Virus record (IMG/VR): IMGVR_UViG_3300018424_000006
Span: 1-64,000 of that record
Length of the DNA stretch: 64,000 bases
Direction: 5' to 3' (one strand)
Shown here: piece after piece, positions 39,620 through 50,100 of the stretch
How positions within the stretch are numbered: the stretch's first letter is position 1
Layout of the letters: the number at the start of each line of letters is the position of its first letter
The notes under the pieces: generated by a model
Database searches by the model: none
What the model saw: the letters and a program-made list of their open reading frames with translations, nothing else
Told to the model about the DNA's origin: nothing
Made by a program: the position numbers and the translations under genes

Positions 39620-39631
39620 GGAAATAGAATT

Positions 39632-40600
39632 ATGTTTATGCATCTAAAGCCGAAAACTACGGCAAATATATATCCCCATCAAGCAGTGCAAGATATCTTT
39701 GATATCGTAGAAGGTGAGACTTTATCTGAAAATTTAACGTACTATAACATTGAAACTCTAGATAGCCGTTATAGTACTACAACATGGAAACGTATTATCG
39801 ATGGATCTTACATCCATATCATTTCCCCTGATCCGGATGATCCAGCCGGCAAATGGGGCGGGTTCTCCCTATTGACTACTACCAACGGAAGGATGTTTAG
39901 CTGTCTATCTGATGACGGGGTGACTGCCACTTCAGGATCGTCTTTTATTACAATTGCAGGTAATGCCAGTTATTGCCAGTTTAACGACACAACGGCAACT
40001 GAACTATTTGTCTATATGGACGAGCAGACTTTATTAATTATACCTACAGACGCATCCTACTTTACAGGTAGTAATCCAGGCTTGTGGGCCACTCATTCAA
40101 AGCGGCTGGCATCGGATGACCTACCTGCTAACTACAGTACCGTTAGTACTACATATTCGGTAGTAACAACTACCACTTCTTCCGCTAATCCAAGAAGTAT
40201 TTGTTGTAGCGTGCCCGGGTTTGGTAGCTATAAAACACACGTCAATGAGCAAGCCGTCTTTAGATACAACGGCAAAACAGTAGCAACTCAATCTTCAGTA
40301 ATGACAAATGCTCCGGGCACTGCAGATAACATGGTCGTTGGTGGACTTTACCTCGGTAGTGACACAACTGGATCGCTCCCGGTTTACAGAACTCTTAGGG
40401 ATGATAGTCAGCTTCTTATCCAGCCAGTAACTGCATCTGGCGCATACGTCGGCCAGACTTTACTGATAGGTCCTTCTGGTAGTGAGAAAGAATATATCTG
40501 CCTTGGGTTCTCTATGTCAACAAGTAATAGCTCAGCGGCTACCACTTCTATACTGGCGTCAAGGAGTGGTCTACTCTTTATGTATTTACCTAAGGGGTAG
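39632..40600 (+). CDS. Putative fibre-tip/receptor-binding protein (triplet 2c)
   Basis: Starts MFMHLKP; internal 'VYMDEQTLLIIP'; ends FMYLPKG. Confidence 0.55.
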   Translation: MFMHLKPKTTANIYPHQAVQDIFDIVEGETLSENLTYYNIETLDSRYSTTTWKRIIDGSYIHIISPDPDDPAGKWGGFSLLTTTNGRMFSCLSDDGVTATSGSSFITIAGNASYCQFNDTTATELFVYMDEQTLLIIPTDASYFTGSNPGLWATHSKRLASDDLPANYSTVSTTYSVVTTTTSSANPRSICCSVPGFGSYKTHVNEQAVFRYNGKTVATQSSVMTNAPGTADNMVVGGLYLGSDTTGSLPVYRTLRDDSQLLIQPVTASGAYVGQTLLIGPSGSEKEYICLGFSMSTSNSSAATTSILASRSGLLFMYLPKG

Positions 40601-40603
40601 AGT

Positions 40604-41143
40604 ATGGCGGAATATACAGCAATATCTCTAAACTATTTGGAGTCACTAGTATCGTCACTGAATGTAATAGGGGACCCGGTAAGTCCGGGTCGACTTGTCG
40701 TAAAAAAGGGTACCTATACTTCAGAAACTATTCCTGAAGTTAGCTTCGTCCCTGACGGACTAAATAATTCATTTAAAAGTCTATCAGATTCTAGTCTAAT
40801 TATCCTTAATGGTAATTATACTGCTTACGACGTTAGTAATGAAATATTCATTTTAAATCCCGTTTTAGACTTCAGAACCATCGACGGAGTTCAACTGATA
40901 ATCTTTCCAGATTCATTTGAGTTTGAACCTGTATTAATGGATCTTCAAATGAAGCCTTCTGAGATAGTAGGTTCTAGAGCTATAGTCTTTAATGGACAGG
41001 TTCAGCCTAACTTTAAAACTAAACTAGAATCTACGGCGGCAGTTACTATAAATGGTATTAAAAGACTAACTCCTACTTTTGTTCCATTTGGTGCTGAACC
41101 GGATAAAGAGATAGTAGTAGATACTGATATTGCAATCATGTAA
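40604..41143 (+). CDS. Hypothetical protein in fibre operon
   Basis: 179-aa ORF, tightly packed. Confidence 0.7.
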   Translation: MAEYTAISLNYLESLVSSLNVIGDPVSPGRLVVKKGTYTSETIPEVSFVPDGLNNSFKSLSDSSLIILNGNYTAYDVSNEIFILNPVLDFRTIDGVQLIIFPDSFEFEPVLMDLQMKPSEIVGSRAIVFNGQVQPNFKTKLESTAAVTINGIKRLTPTFVPFGAEPDKEIVVDTDIAIM

Positions 41144-41152
41144 GGAAAAGAA

Positions 41153-41725
41153 ATGATAGAGAAATTCATAACCTCTAATAGAGAGGCAGGCTTTGTCTTC
41201 TCCAAAATAGAAGGGGAGAAAGGAGACTTCTTTATTCACGAAGTTCCTGAAGAACGTGATATGAAACCAGTCAGTATTCCTGTATTGGTTAAAGGTGTTA
41301 TTGAAGGGAATCGTAACGGTAAGTCCTATGGCATCATTAAAGCTAAGGATACGTTCGAAAGCCAAGATGCGATGTGGGGCCCTAGGTTCTATAAAGCTGG
41401 TACTTACCATATGCGTATCAAAGAGCCTACGGTCCATTACTGTATCTATTCGGTTAAAGATAACAAAGTAATTGTTCAAAAGAACTTTGTTATCCTAAAA
41501 CCCGGAGAATCTATTCGTCAGTTTATGGGTAGTCATGTAGCCGTAATAGGCGGCTGTACTTATAACGATAGAGAGTATGTAAAGACTCGTGTATTTCCAG
41601 TAAGTGGAATTGGAAGCGATATCTTAAACTCTACTGAAAAACCTATTATTGTAGTAGCTTTCTCGGTGGAAGATGAAGATAAAGTGGAAGTAGAAACTGA
41701 TTTCCCAGAAGAACTTATTATCTAA
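41153..41725 (+). CDS. Hypothetical beta-rich (cupin-like) protein
   Basis: SD AAGGA; 190 aa. Confidence 0.65.
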   Translation: MIEKFITSNREAGFVFSKIEGEKGDFFIHEVPEERDMKPVSIPVLVKGVIEGNRNGKSYGIIKAKDTFESQDAMWGPRFYKAGTYHMRIKEPTVHYCIYSVKDNKVIVQKNFVILKPGESIRQFMGSHVAVIGGCTYNDREYVKTRVFPVSGIGSDILNSTEKPIIVVAFSVEDEDKVEVETDFPEELII

Positions 41726-41730
41726 ATAAA

Positions 41731-41770
41731 GACCTACTATCCTTAACCGGGTAGTAGGTTATTCTGCTGT
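41731..41770 (+). terminator. Terminator-like hairpin
   Basis: GACCTACTATCC/GGGTAGTAGGTT stem followed by ATTCTGCTGT (TGCCGT variant). Confidence 0.65.
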
Positions 41771-41813
41771 TTCTGATTCTATGACCTAATACTAAAGCAT
41801 TAGAGAGAAAGAA

Positions 41814-44800
41814 ATGAAAGACTTACTCAATAACTTATTATTGAAAGTTAATGCTGCTAACAAGAAAGTTGCAGATAGTATAAATCTAGTAGACGACGAC
41901 ACGGATCTGAACGAGTCTGCTATTGCAACAATCCAGACAGAATTACAGAGTATCTCGGATGCTCTGGCGGGAACTAGCGGTAACCTTTTATTTGAAAGTG
42001 ATGTACTCCAATCCTTAGGTACTCCAGAAGCTCCTGCTGCAGGTTCGGTAGTCGATGCCTCCTTATTATGGCAGATGAAGAAAGACTTAGATTCGCTACT
42101 GACTTCCTTTGCTAATTTCGATGCTGATGGAAACCCTAACGACTATATAGACAATCTAAATACAGTACTTAGCTGGGTGGATGCTAACAGTGCATTCTTA
42201 GACGCTATGTCTCCAGCTACCACTACTCAGTCTGGTTTCATGTCTAGTCTACAGGCAACTAAACTAGAAGGTATTGAAGAGGGTGCTAATAAGACAATAT
42301 TAAATAGTGATCCTTCAACCAACAATGCTAATATAGCAGCCAGTACGGCGCTGACATTTGCCCTTAGAGAATTGATAAATAATCTTGAGCTAAATAAAGC
42401 CGCTGCCGACCATAGTCATCCAGTAGCAACTGACATTGCTGATGGATTAATGTCAAAAGAAGATAAGTCTTATCTAGATTCTTTACCTGCGGTTATCTCT
42501 GAACAAATAGCTAATAATTCTAGCTCTGGAAATTTTGAAGGCTTAGGTATCTTTAGAGCAGGGGCGATAACTGGGGGACATCAGCCTATAATTTCAGAGA
42601 CTTATTATGGCAAGAACTTCTATATAGCCAGTAGAGATGGAACTAGACGCATTGCCTCTACTAATACTCATAGTACTATGTATTATGAAATAGGAGACTT
42701 TAAAGAAGGCGTTGTTACTGAACGCTTGAACACGTATGAGTTATTTGGTGATAATGTAGGCACCTTGGATAACCATTGCGTATGGGCAAATGAGGACCTC
42801 ACGCAGTTATTAATAGGTTCTAACTATAATTATGGGTTCTTCTTACATCTATGGAGAAACGCTACTGATGATGGGTGGGACTTTAAGCGCTACGACAGAC
42901 CTGCTGATTTAACCAGTACTGAATTCAGCGGTTTTGGATACGGTATGGCTGCTACTAAGGATATGTCTAGGATTGTTGTTGGCACCAGTGCTTCTGGCAA
43001 TAAGATCTATTCTTTTAGCGTTTGGGAATGGAACGGTAGCGAATATATAGAGTCTTATAGAGAGCCTTTTACTTATAACTCTTCTACTCGTAATCATGGA
43101 CTAGGAACGAATTTCGAGATGTCTGATGACGGCAGTATTCTATTTGCCGGCAATATGTACTCTACAAATAGTACGGGTCAAACCACAGGCGTAATTGAAG
43201 TCTATAAATGGAATGACGACACAAGCCGCTATGAACACTACGATACTATCGAGGGGCAGAGTACGAACTCAGGAAATAACTTTGGCGCGCAAACAAACCA
43301 AGATATGTTTAGAATTACGAATGATGGTACTGAGTTATTCCTAGGTGATCGATTCCAAGTAGTAACTGGTTCCTACTCCCGAGGTTGCGTAACTCGTTTC
43401 ATAGACAATGGTACAAGTTTTGAAAAGGTAAGTGATGTAATCACAAATAGAATTCCTAGTGTTAATAGTTCCGGGTACTTCGGACAAAGCTTTACTGTAT
43501 CGGAAGATAAGCAATATCTTTTTGTTATTGATCCATACAGACGCTTGCAGATAGGTTCCCATTACTACAACTATATTTCTTTCAGCGTTCATAAGCGAAC
43601 AACCAATAGCGACTATGAAGAACTCTCTATGATGTTCATGTCGGATTTCGACTTCCCGTCAGTAATTACAGATTGGAGTATGGGTCAGTCTTTACCTTTT
43701 GCACAAGGTGCAGGATTTGGAATGGACTTTAAGGATGGTAAAGTATTTATGTCTGCCTATAAAAACTATGGCGGCTATAAAGGCTATACTTTCCAGCTTG
43801 AAACTTCCACAGACTGGAAAGAATCTGGCCCGGATAAAAACTTTACAACTCTTGTAGCGAATACCGGTTATCTAGATAGAGGTCCCGGCCTATGGCGAGC
43901 TAGATGGATCTATGAAATGATCTTGCAGTACTCCTCTGCTTCTAGTAGCGAACGGAATGATATAGCTACGGCTTTACAGAATTCTTTATTCAATAGTAAT
44001 GGAACTACCTTCTCTCCCATGCATGCCGAAACAATAGGCTATGAAAACTTAAAGACAGAGAAAGTATTAGAATCTTCAAATACGACTCCTTATGGAGATA
44101 TGTTGATTCCTGAAATTATCTACAAGAATGGTAAGTTATTTGCGTGTAGTTTTAATGGTCAGAATCCATCCTTGACCAATAAGTCAGATACTATCAATAT
44201 CTTTAGCGTAAATGGCAGTGAGTTTACTCATCAACATTCCATAGGTGTCAGAGATGAAGGACTAAATGATCTCGATACCCTCCATTTTGTGAGTAATGAT
44301 CACAGAGTTATTTGCGTAAGAGACAATGCCAACTTCTATTTCTTCATTGATGATGATGCAGGAGGCTATGTATTAGCACCGACTACACTTACTTTAACGA
44401 GTAGTTCCTACTCTCAATTCTGTGAAGTGAACGGCAAGGTCGTGGTCTTCTCTAGTAATGAGGTAGTGGGTAATTCCAGTAACCATGGTAAATTATTGGA
44501 AGTAGTAGTTGACTATGTAGGTAAGGATGTCTCGGTTGCTGATTATTTTGTGCCTCCCGAAATAGCCTCTAACTCACTTTGGGGACGTTCAGGTAGAATC
44601 TCAGAAGACGGTTCTGTCATAGTAGTTAGTATTAAAAACGGACGAAATGATATTTCTGGTAACCTTCTCATATATAGATGGAATGGTTCTGGTTATGACC
44701 AGATTCACGACTATGTTTATGACGATGTTGTCGAAGGTTATAACTCTAATTCTAGTAGCTATAACGGCTGGCCCTATAACGTAGATATGACTCCTGATGG

Positions 44801-46937
44801 AAAAGTCATTGTAGCAGGTACTATTCAGGCTAGTAGGGAAGTAGGCGAGTTAGTTGTCTTTCAAGATAATGGTACTACGTTTGATAAAGTCTGCAGTTTA
44901 CCAGAACTGAAGCTTTACGAATACAGAAATGGAGAAGGTTTAGTTAGAGGATTTAAGATATCTGATGATGGACTTACCATAGCCCAACATACTCTAGCAG
45001 GTACGTTTGTATGGGCAAGGGCTAGCCTTAACGATGTCTTTGAAGCAACTACTTGGTTAGTTGATGCAAACACTCGTATAGGTGGCCAGGAGTTTATTGG
45101 TAATGATAAGTTCCTTTACCTTCGTACGCCTCGTTATAATCGACAAGACTATGCTCTGATAACGGCCGAAAATGGCTCATTTGTACCATTGAAGGCAACT
45201 GGAAATAAGGACATCCTAACAGCAGGAGAGAAGGACAATAACTTTATACCTTCCAGAAGGAAACTTAGAGATGATATAAAAGCCGTTGTAAGAGAAGAAG
45301 CTTTAGCCCCAACTATAATTACTAAGAATGGCGTTAAGGATTACTCTCGTAGTAGTAGTGGGAAGTTTGCCTATTCGACTAAGTATGATAGGGATATCTA
45401 TTTAGCCGGAAGCAATACCGTTGTTTATCGTCCTTCAGACTTAACCACTTTGAGAACAGTACCTAGACCGACTGCAAAGTCAGTCTGCTCTGTCAACATT
45501 ATTGATCAGGATAGATTTGTGATTACAGATCTATCTAGTACGACAAACAACGTTCATGTCTATAGTTACGTTAGCGATAGCTTTACGACATTTACTTATC
45601 CCGGAAATATAATAGACTCAACGGTAGATACGGAACAAGAGATACTTTGGATTCATGATCAAGATACTAATGTAATTTCTTCATTAAGACTTAGCGACGG
45701 AGGTGTACCTAGCGACATAACGTTTACTGTAAATACGTCTACATCTAAGCTTCTTTATGTAGGAGGTAATACTGTCTTACATATTCCTAATAAGTCGGAT
45801 GCTGAAGATGCTCGTTTACTAGATGTTTCTTCTGGGAATGTTTTAGTAATTGACCCTAGTCATAAAGACGCTATGAACAATAACTTCAGTACGCTTATTT
45901 ATGATGAAGGATACATAGTTCTGATTAGCAGCGAAGGGACTCCTGAGTTTAAATCATATGGTATGCAGGTTAGTCGATTACTAACCCATGAAGAACTAGG
46001 GGGATTTGATGGCAGGGAATCGGCAGGTAATGCCATTGGGTCTTTACGCCCCGGCGAGGTTTACCGTACTTCCACTCAACTTTCTTCTTATGAGTCGAAT
46101 ACGTCAGCTACAAGAAGTAGTATTCTGTCAAGCTTTGTGTCGAGAACAGAGGCTGGACATAGTACGGTAATGAATTCTCAATATTGTACTACTCAGGGAT
46201 CATGGGGGAGCATACTAAGTTCTAAGGCTACTTTATCTGACGATACCTATTCCACTACATGGGGCTACCATGCAGCAGAGACGACTCCGACAACTGCCAA
46301 TGCAACTGCAAGAATCGACTCTAAGACAGGAATAGGACATTTTTCAGGAGGAACTAGTACGACAGGTGCTGACTATGCAGAATACTTTGAAAACTTAAAT
46401 GAAGAAGAAGTAATGGTTGGTACTATTGTTACATTGGAAGCGGGTAAGATAAGGAAGGCTACCGAAGGGGATGATATACTAGGTATCATTTCTGCTACAG
46501 CAGGCGTGGTCGGTAACGATGCTCCAATTAGCTGGAATAGTCGTTATCTAAGAGATGAGTTCGGACGCATAATGACTGAGAAGGTTACTATGGTTAAATT
46601 TACTATAGGAACTAAGGAGTTTGAAATGCCAAGAGCGCAGACCTCTGTCTTACCTGAGGTATATGAAGAGTATGTTGTTGACGTACCTTTAGAAAATCCA
46701 GAGTTCAATCCGGACTTAGCTGGGGATTATATCCCTCGTTCAGAACGGAAAGAAAAATGGTCTCTAGTGGGATTACTAGGGCAGCTTTATGTACGAGTCA
46801 ATGAGGATATTACGACTCGCTATATAGGTGCTACAGGATATGGTTCGACAAAGAAAACGTCATTACGGCTAATGGAAATGACAACACCTTTCGATCTTAC
46901 CAAAGGCTATGGAGTGGCCAAATGTTATTTTAAATAA
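41814..46937 (+). CDS. Long tail fibre/appendage: shared anchor, FG-GAP-like beta-propellers, C-terminal Peptidase G2 autocleaving chaperone
   Basis: Fibre repeats (GFMSSLQATKL, DGLMSKEDK); FG-GAP-like 'FGYGMA..DMSRIVVG' and 'LGTNFEMSDDGSILFAG'; 'GADYAEYFE...GIIS...RDEFGR...YIPRSER..W..VGLLGQ' as in phi29 gp12-type domains. Confidence 0.85.
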   Translation: MKDLLNNLLLKVNAANKKVADSINLVDDDTDLNESAIATIQTELQSISDALAGTSGNLLFESDVLQSLGTPEAPAAGSVVDASLLWQMKKDLDSLLTSFANFDADGNPNDYIDNLNTVLSWVDANSAFLDAMSPATTTQSGFMSSLQATKLEGIEEGANKTILNSDPSTNNANIAASTALTFALRELINNLELNKAAADHSHPVATDIADGLMSKEDKSYLDSLPAVISEQIANNSSSGNFEGLGIFRAGAITGGHQPIISETYYGKNFYIASRDGTRRIASTNTHSTMYYEIGDFKEGVVTERLNTYELFGDNVGTLDNHCVWANEDLTQLLIGSNYNYGFFLHLWRNATDDGWDFKRYDRPADLTSTEFSGFGYGMAATKDMSRIVVGTSASGNKIYSFSVWEWNGSEYIESYREPFTYNSSTRNHGLGTNFEMSDDGSILFAGNMYSTNSTGQTTGVIEVYKWNDDTSRYEHYDTIEGQSTNSGNNFGAQTNQDMFRITNDGTELFLGDRFQVVTGSYSRGCVTRFIDNGTSFEKVSDVITNRIPSVNSSGYFGQSFTVSEDKQYLFVIDPYRRLQIGSHYYNYISFSVHKRTTNSDYEELSMMFMSDFDFPSVITDWSMGQSLPFAQGAGFGMDFKDGKVFMSAYKNYGGYKGYTFQLETSTDWKESGPDKNFTTLVANTGYLDRGPGLWRARWIYEMILQYSSASSSERNDIATALQNSLFNSNGTTFSPMHAETIGYENLKTEKVLESSNTTPYGDMLIPEIIYKNGKLFACSFNGQNPSLTNKSDTINIFSVNGSEFTHQHSIGVRDEGLNDLDTLHFVSNDHRVICVRDNANFYFFIDDDAGGYVLAPTTLTLTSSSYSQFCEVNGKVVVFSSNEVVGNSSNHGKLLEVVVDYVGKDVSVADYFVPPEIASNSLWGRSGRISEDGSVIVVSIKNGRNDISGNLLIYRWNGSGYDQIHDYVYDDVVEGYNSNSSSYNGWPYNVDMTPDGKVIVAGTIQASREVGELVVFQDNGTTFDKVCSLPELKLYEYRNGEGLVRGFKISDDGLTIAQHTLAGTFVWARASLNDVFEATTWLVDANTRIGGQEFIGNDKFLYLRTPRYNRQDYALITAENGSFVPLKATGNKDILTAGEKDNNFIPSRRKLRDDIKAVVREEALAPTIITKNGVKDYSRSSSGKFAYSTKYDRDIYLAGSNTVVYRPSDLTTLRTVPRPTAKSVCSVNIIDQDRFVITDLSSTTNNVHVYSYVSDSFTTFTYPGNIIDSTVDTEQEILWIHDQDTNVISSLRLSDGGVPSDITFTVNTSTSKLLYVGGNTVLHIPNKSDAEDARLLDVSSGNVLVIDPSHKDAMNNNFSTLIYDEGYIVLISSEGTPEFKSYGMQVSRLLTHEELGGFDGRESAGNAIGSLRPGEVYRTSTQLSSYESNTSATRSSILSSFVSRTEAGHSTVMNSQYCTTQGSWGSILSSKATLSDDTYSTTWGYHAAETTPTTANATARIDSKTGIGHFSGGTSTTGADYAEYFENLNEEEVMVGTIVTLEAGKIRKATEGDDILGIISATAGVVGNDAPISWNSRYLRDEFGRIMTEKVTMVKFTIGTKEFEMPRAQTSVLPEVYEEYVVDVPLENPEFNPDLAGDYIPRSERKEKWSLVGLLGQLYVRVNEDITTRYIGATGYGSTKKTSLRLMEMTTPFDLTKGYGVAKCYFK

Positions 46938-46954
46938 TTAACACATTTCATAGC

Positions 46955-46991
46955 AGAGGGTACGGATTTCCGTACCCTCTTTTTTTGCCGT
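46955..46991 (+). terminator. Intrinsic terminator with TGCCGT tail
   Basis: AGAGGGTACGGA/TCCGTACCCTCT stem, T-tract, then GCCGT. Confidence 0.88.
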
Positions 46992-47181
46992 TAACCGGTA
47001 ATAATAAAGTATTAGTTTTGTGTTTTTTACGCACTACAAAAATTCTGATCCTTTGTAGAAAATGGCCACAGAGTCATTTGAAGTACTACCCTTCTAAGCT
47101 GGATTTTTAAGTGTTACAATGGATGTAGTTTAGTTGGAACATTGTCCTTTTTTGCGACAAATAGTCATAGGAGACTAGGGT

Positions 47182-50100
47182 ATGCACCTCTCTAATCAAC
47201 TCGAAACCTTGTTAGCCAAAGCATCTCAGGCCTTACAGGAAACGAGCCAAAGTATAAACTCCGTAGATTCTCAGTCGGATAACAACGTTGTTCAGATTGC
47301 TACACTCACAAACCAAATTCAACAGGTTTTAGATCTTCTATCTGGTATTACCAATATTAATGAATTTCTTTCTGACCAAGATATTATCTCGGACTTGGAT
47401 ACTCCAGCACCTCCTGAGAATAATAAATTGGTTCAAGCCTCAACAGTTTGGCAAATCAATAAAGAGCTAGAATCCTTACTAGATACTCTAGCCGCTTTCG
47501 ATGGCGATGCTGATGGCGTCGATTATGTCGAGAATTTAAATTCAGTTATGACTTGGGCTCGGGCCAACAAAGACATACTGGATGCGATGGCACCCGCTAC
47601 GCCAACGCAAACTGGTTTCTTTTCAAAGGAAGACAAAGCCAAGTTAGATGCACTTGAGCAGGGCGCGACTGCGACCAATCTTTCTGACGATGAAACAACG
47701 AATGATTCAGCTACCGCAGCTAGTACTGCATTGACATTCAAATTAAAAACTGCCCTAGATGACCTTGCTCAAACTGTTAGTGACATTCAGGCTAATGGCG
47801 GAGGAGGCGGTGGCGGAGGTTCCATTACGGATGCTGATGGTGCCGCAATCGAATCTGCTCTAGATGCTCGTTATAACAGTACAGCATGGCGTGATGGATT
47901 GTCCGAATGGACAAATACATTACCTACTATAGTCGATATTAATCAGACTACTAAGGCAACTCAAGACCTAATTATTAACTTAGATAATTATGGTTCTGAT
48001 CCTGACGAAGGTCAGACCTTGACGTATACTTGTTCGCCAATGACTAATGTCACATTAGCGGGTTCCATACTGACTTTCAATAGCCCTAATGTAGGTACCG
48101 AAGTATTTACTATTACGACTGACGATGGAGCAGGCGGTGGCGCGAGCGCAACACTAACGATAACGGTTACTCGTTTCGGATATGTTGAAATAGTAGATAA
48201 GACTGAATATGCTGTTCAGGGAATCGCCAAAGTTATTACACTTGGCCCTACTCATGACGATGAGAATGATCAGGCGGTCTATACTGTTACCGGTAGTACA
48301 GATTTCGTAATGGGCCCAGGTACTAACGAAATAACATTCACGGGTACTACTGTTGCTTCCGTTCCTCTTTCTGTACAAGCAGACGATGGTAATGGGAATA
48401 TATCTAATGCTACTATTACCGTTGAAGTAGAAGCGCCAAGTACTAATCCTTGGCCTGTTGTACAGAACGTGTCACCGCAATATGTAGCTAAGGGAGCGAC
48501 CTTTAGTTTAACGCCAGTAATTACTAACCCAGCTACGGCTGGTGAAGTGAACTGGTTTAAAGAGTTTGGGCCAGATGACCTAGAAGTTAATCCTATTACT
48601 GGCGAGATTACGTGGAATACGCCTTCTGATTGGCAAGCAGAATCTTTTCACGTTATTATCAGGGCAGTTAACTTAGATGCAACAGATGGGATGCTTGAAT
48701 TCATACTACACTACGGAAAGACTGCCGGCGATGTAGTTATGGTTGGTCCTAGTCATTCCTATAAGACATGGCAAGAAGCGCATCCTAACCTTGTTTCAGG
48801 ACAATCTATCATTATTGAAGATGGTAGCTATTCTGATTTTGGTATGGGTATAGGCCGTTTTAATAACGGTAACTGGTATCCGCCTTCAGGTACAGCTACG
48901 GCCCTGACATGCGTTATGGCAGAAACAGTGGGCGGTGTTACGCTAACTGGTGATGCAGGCGTTTCATTTGTTCTCTGGAGTGCGGGAAAGAGTGAAGCTC
49001 AGGACATATCCTTTAGCGGGTTATTCGTTAAAGGCGGTCCGTCCATCAATTTCAATGGGGATAGTAACGATAAACTAAATACTCGTGTTAAGCGCATTAA
49101 AACTATTGCCTGTGGTTGTGATGGCGATGACGCCATTCCCATTTATAGTCGTATTGCCGACGACATACTCATTGAAAGCTGCTATGCTTTTGGTGGAGGT
49201 CGCTATAAGATATCGACTAACGAGTCAACTCGTGTAGTTCAGCGTCGTAATTTAGGACGTATGGATAGAACTGATATGGATGGCGTAGAGGACCCCAAAG
49301 GCACATTCATGGCGTACAATACGTGGGAATTCTACTGGTCTAACCTTATTGATCTTGATGCCCTAGATCGTTTCCGTTCCAACGGTGAGATAGTTGGGGC
49401 CTTCGGTACCCCTGTAACAGGTACCGGAACTACACCTGAAGGTTCGTTTGGTATCATTACTACCTGTATCCACCTTAACTCTGAAAATCGTCTTTGTAAC
49501 TTCGATTCCCAACTCTCGTCTGCAGGTGGCCATTCTGACGTCAAGATGGAACATGTTGCAAGTTTCAATATTAAACCGGACTGGGCCTATGGTTATTCAT
49601 GGGGCTCTGGTTGGTTTGACCGGATGAGTATTGTTAATATTCAACCATTGGCTCCTGTTGACAGTGCTATGATAAATACGGGCGGTCGTTACTATTGTCG
49701 AGGCATGACTAACTCGATTATAGATCAGGTTGATATAACTACTAATGGCGGCACTGGTGACTTTTTCCGAGAACTAAATACTGGTCCGGTAGACATACCG
49801 TATAATGGCGGCGTATCCCGTACAGTTGAAAAGTATGGCGTCTATGGTAACAACATAACCAATGTCGATACGGCAGGTATGATTGGTACAGGCGCACAAT
49901 ACGAAATAAATACTACGACGGTTGATGTTTCAGCAGCCTTTGACTACTTGACTCGCGTAAATGACGACCATGCGCTTGCAGGTCAAAAGGGAGCCGAGGT
50001 ACTTTATCTGAAAGGGAAGTCTGGGCGTTTCTTTGGAGACGCCGGATATGATGAAGATACGAAGATTCCTATGTGGCCGTTTCCACTTCAGCATAAGATG

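Noticed and set aside
47797-47820. GGN repeat as a contingency/phase-variation tract
   Set aside because: Mixed Gly codons encoding a flexible Gly8 linker; not a slippage-prone homopolymer.
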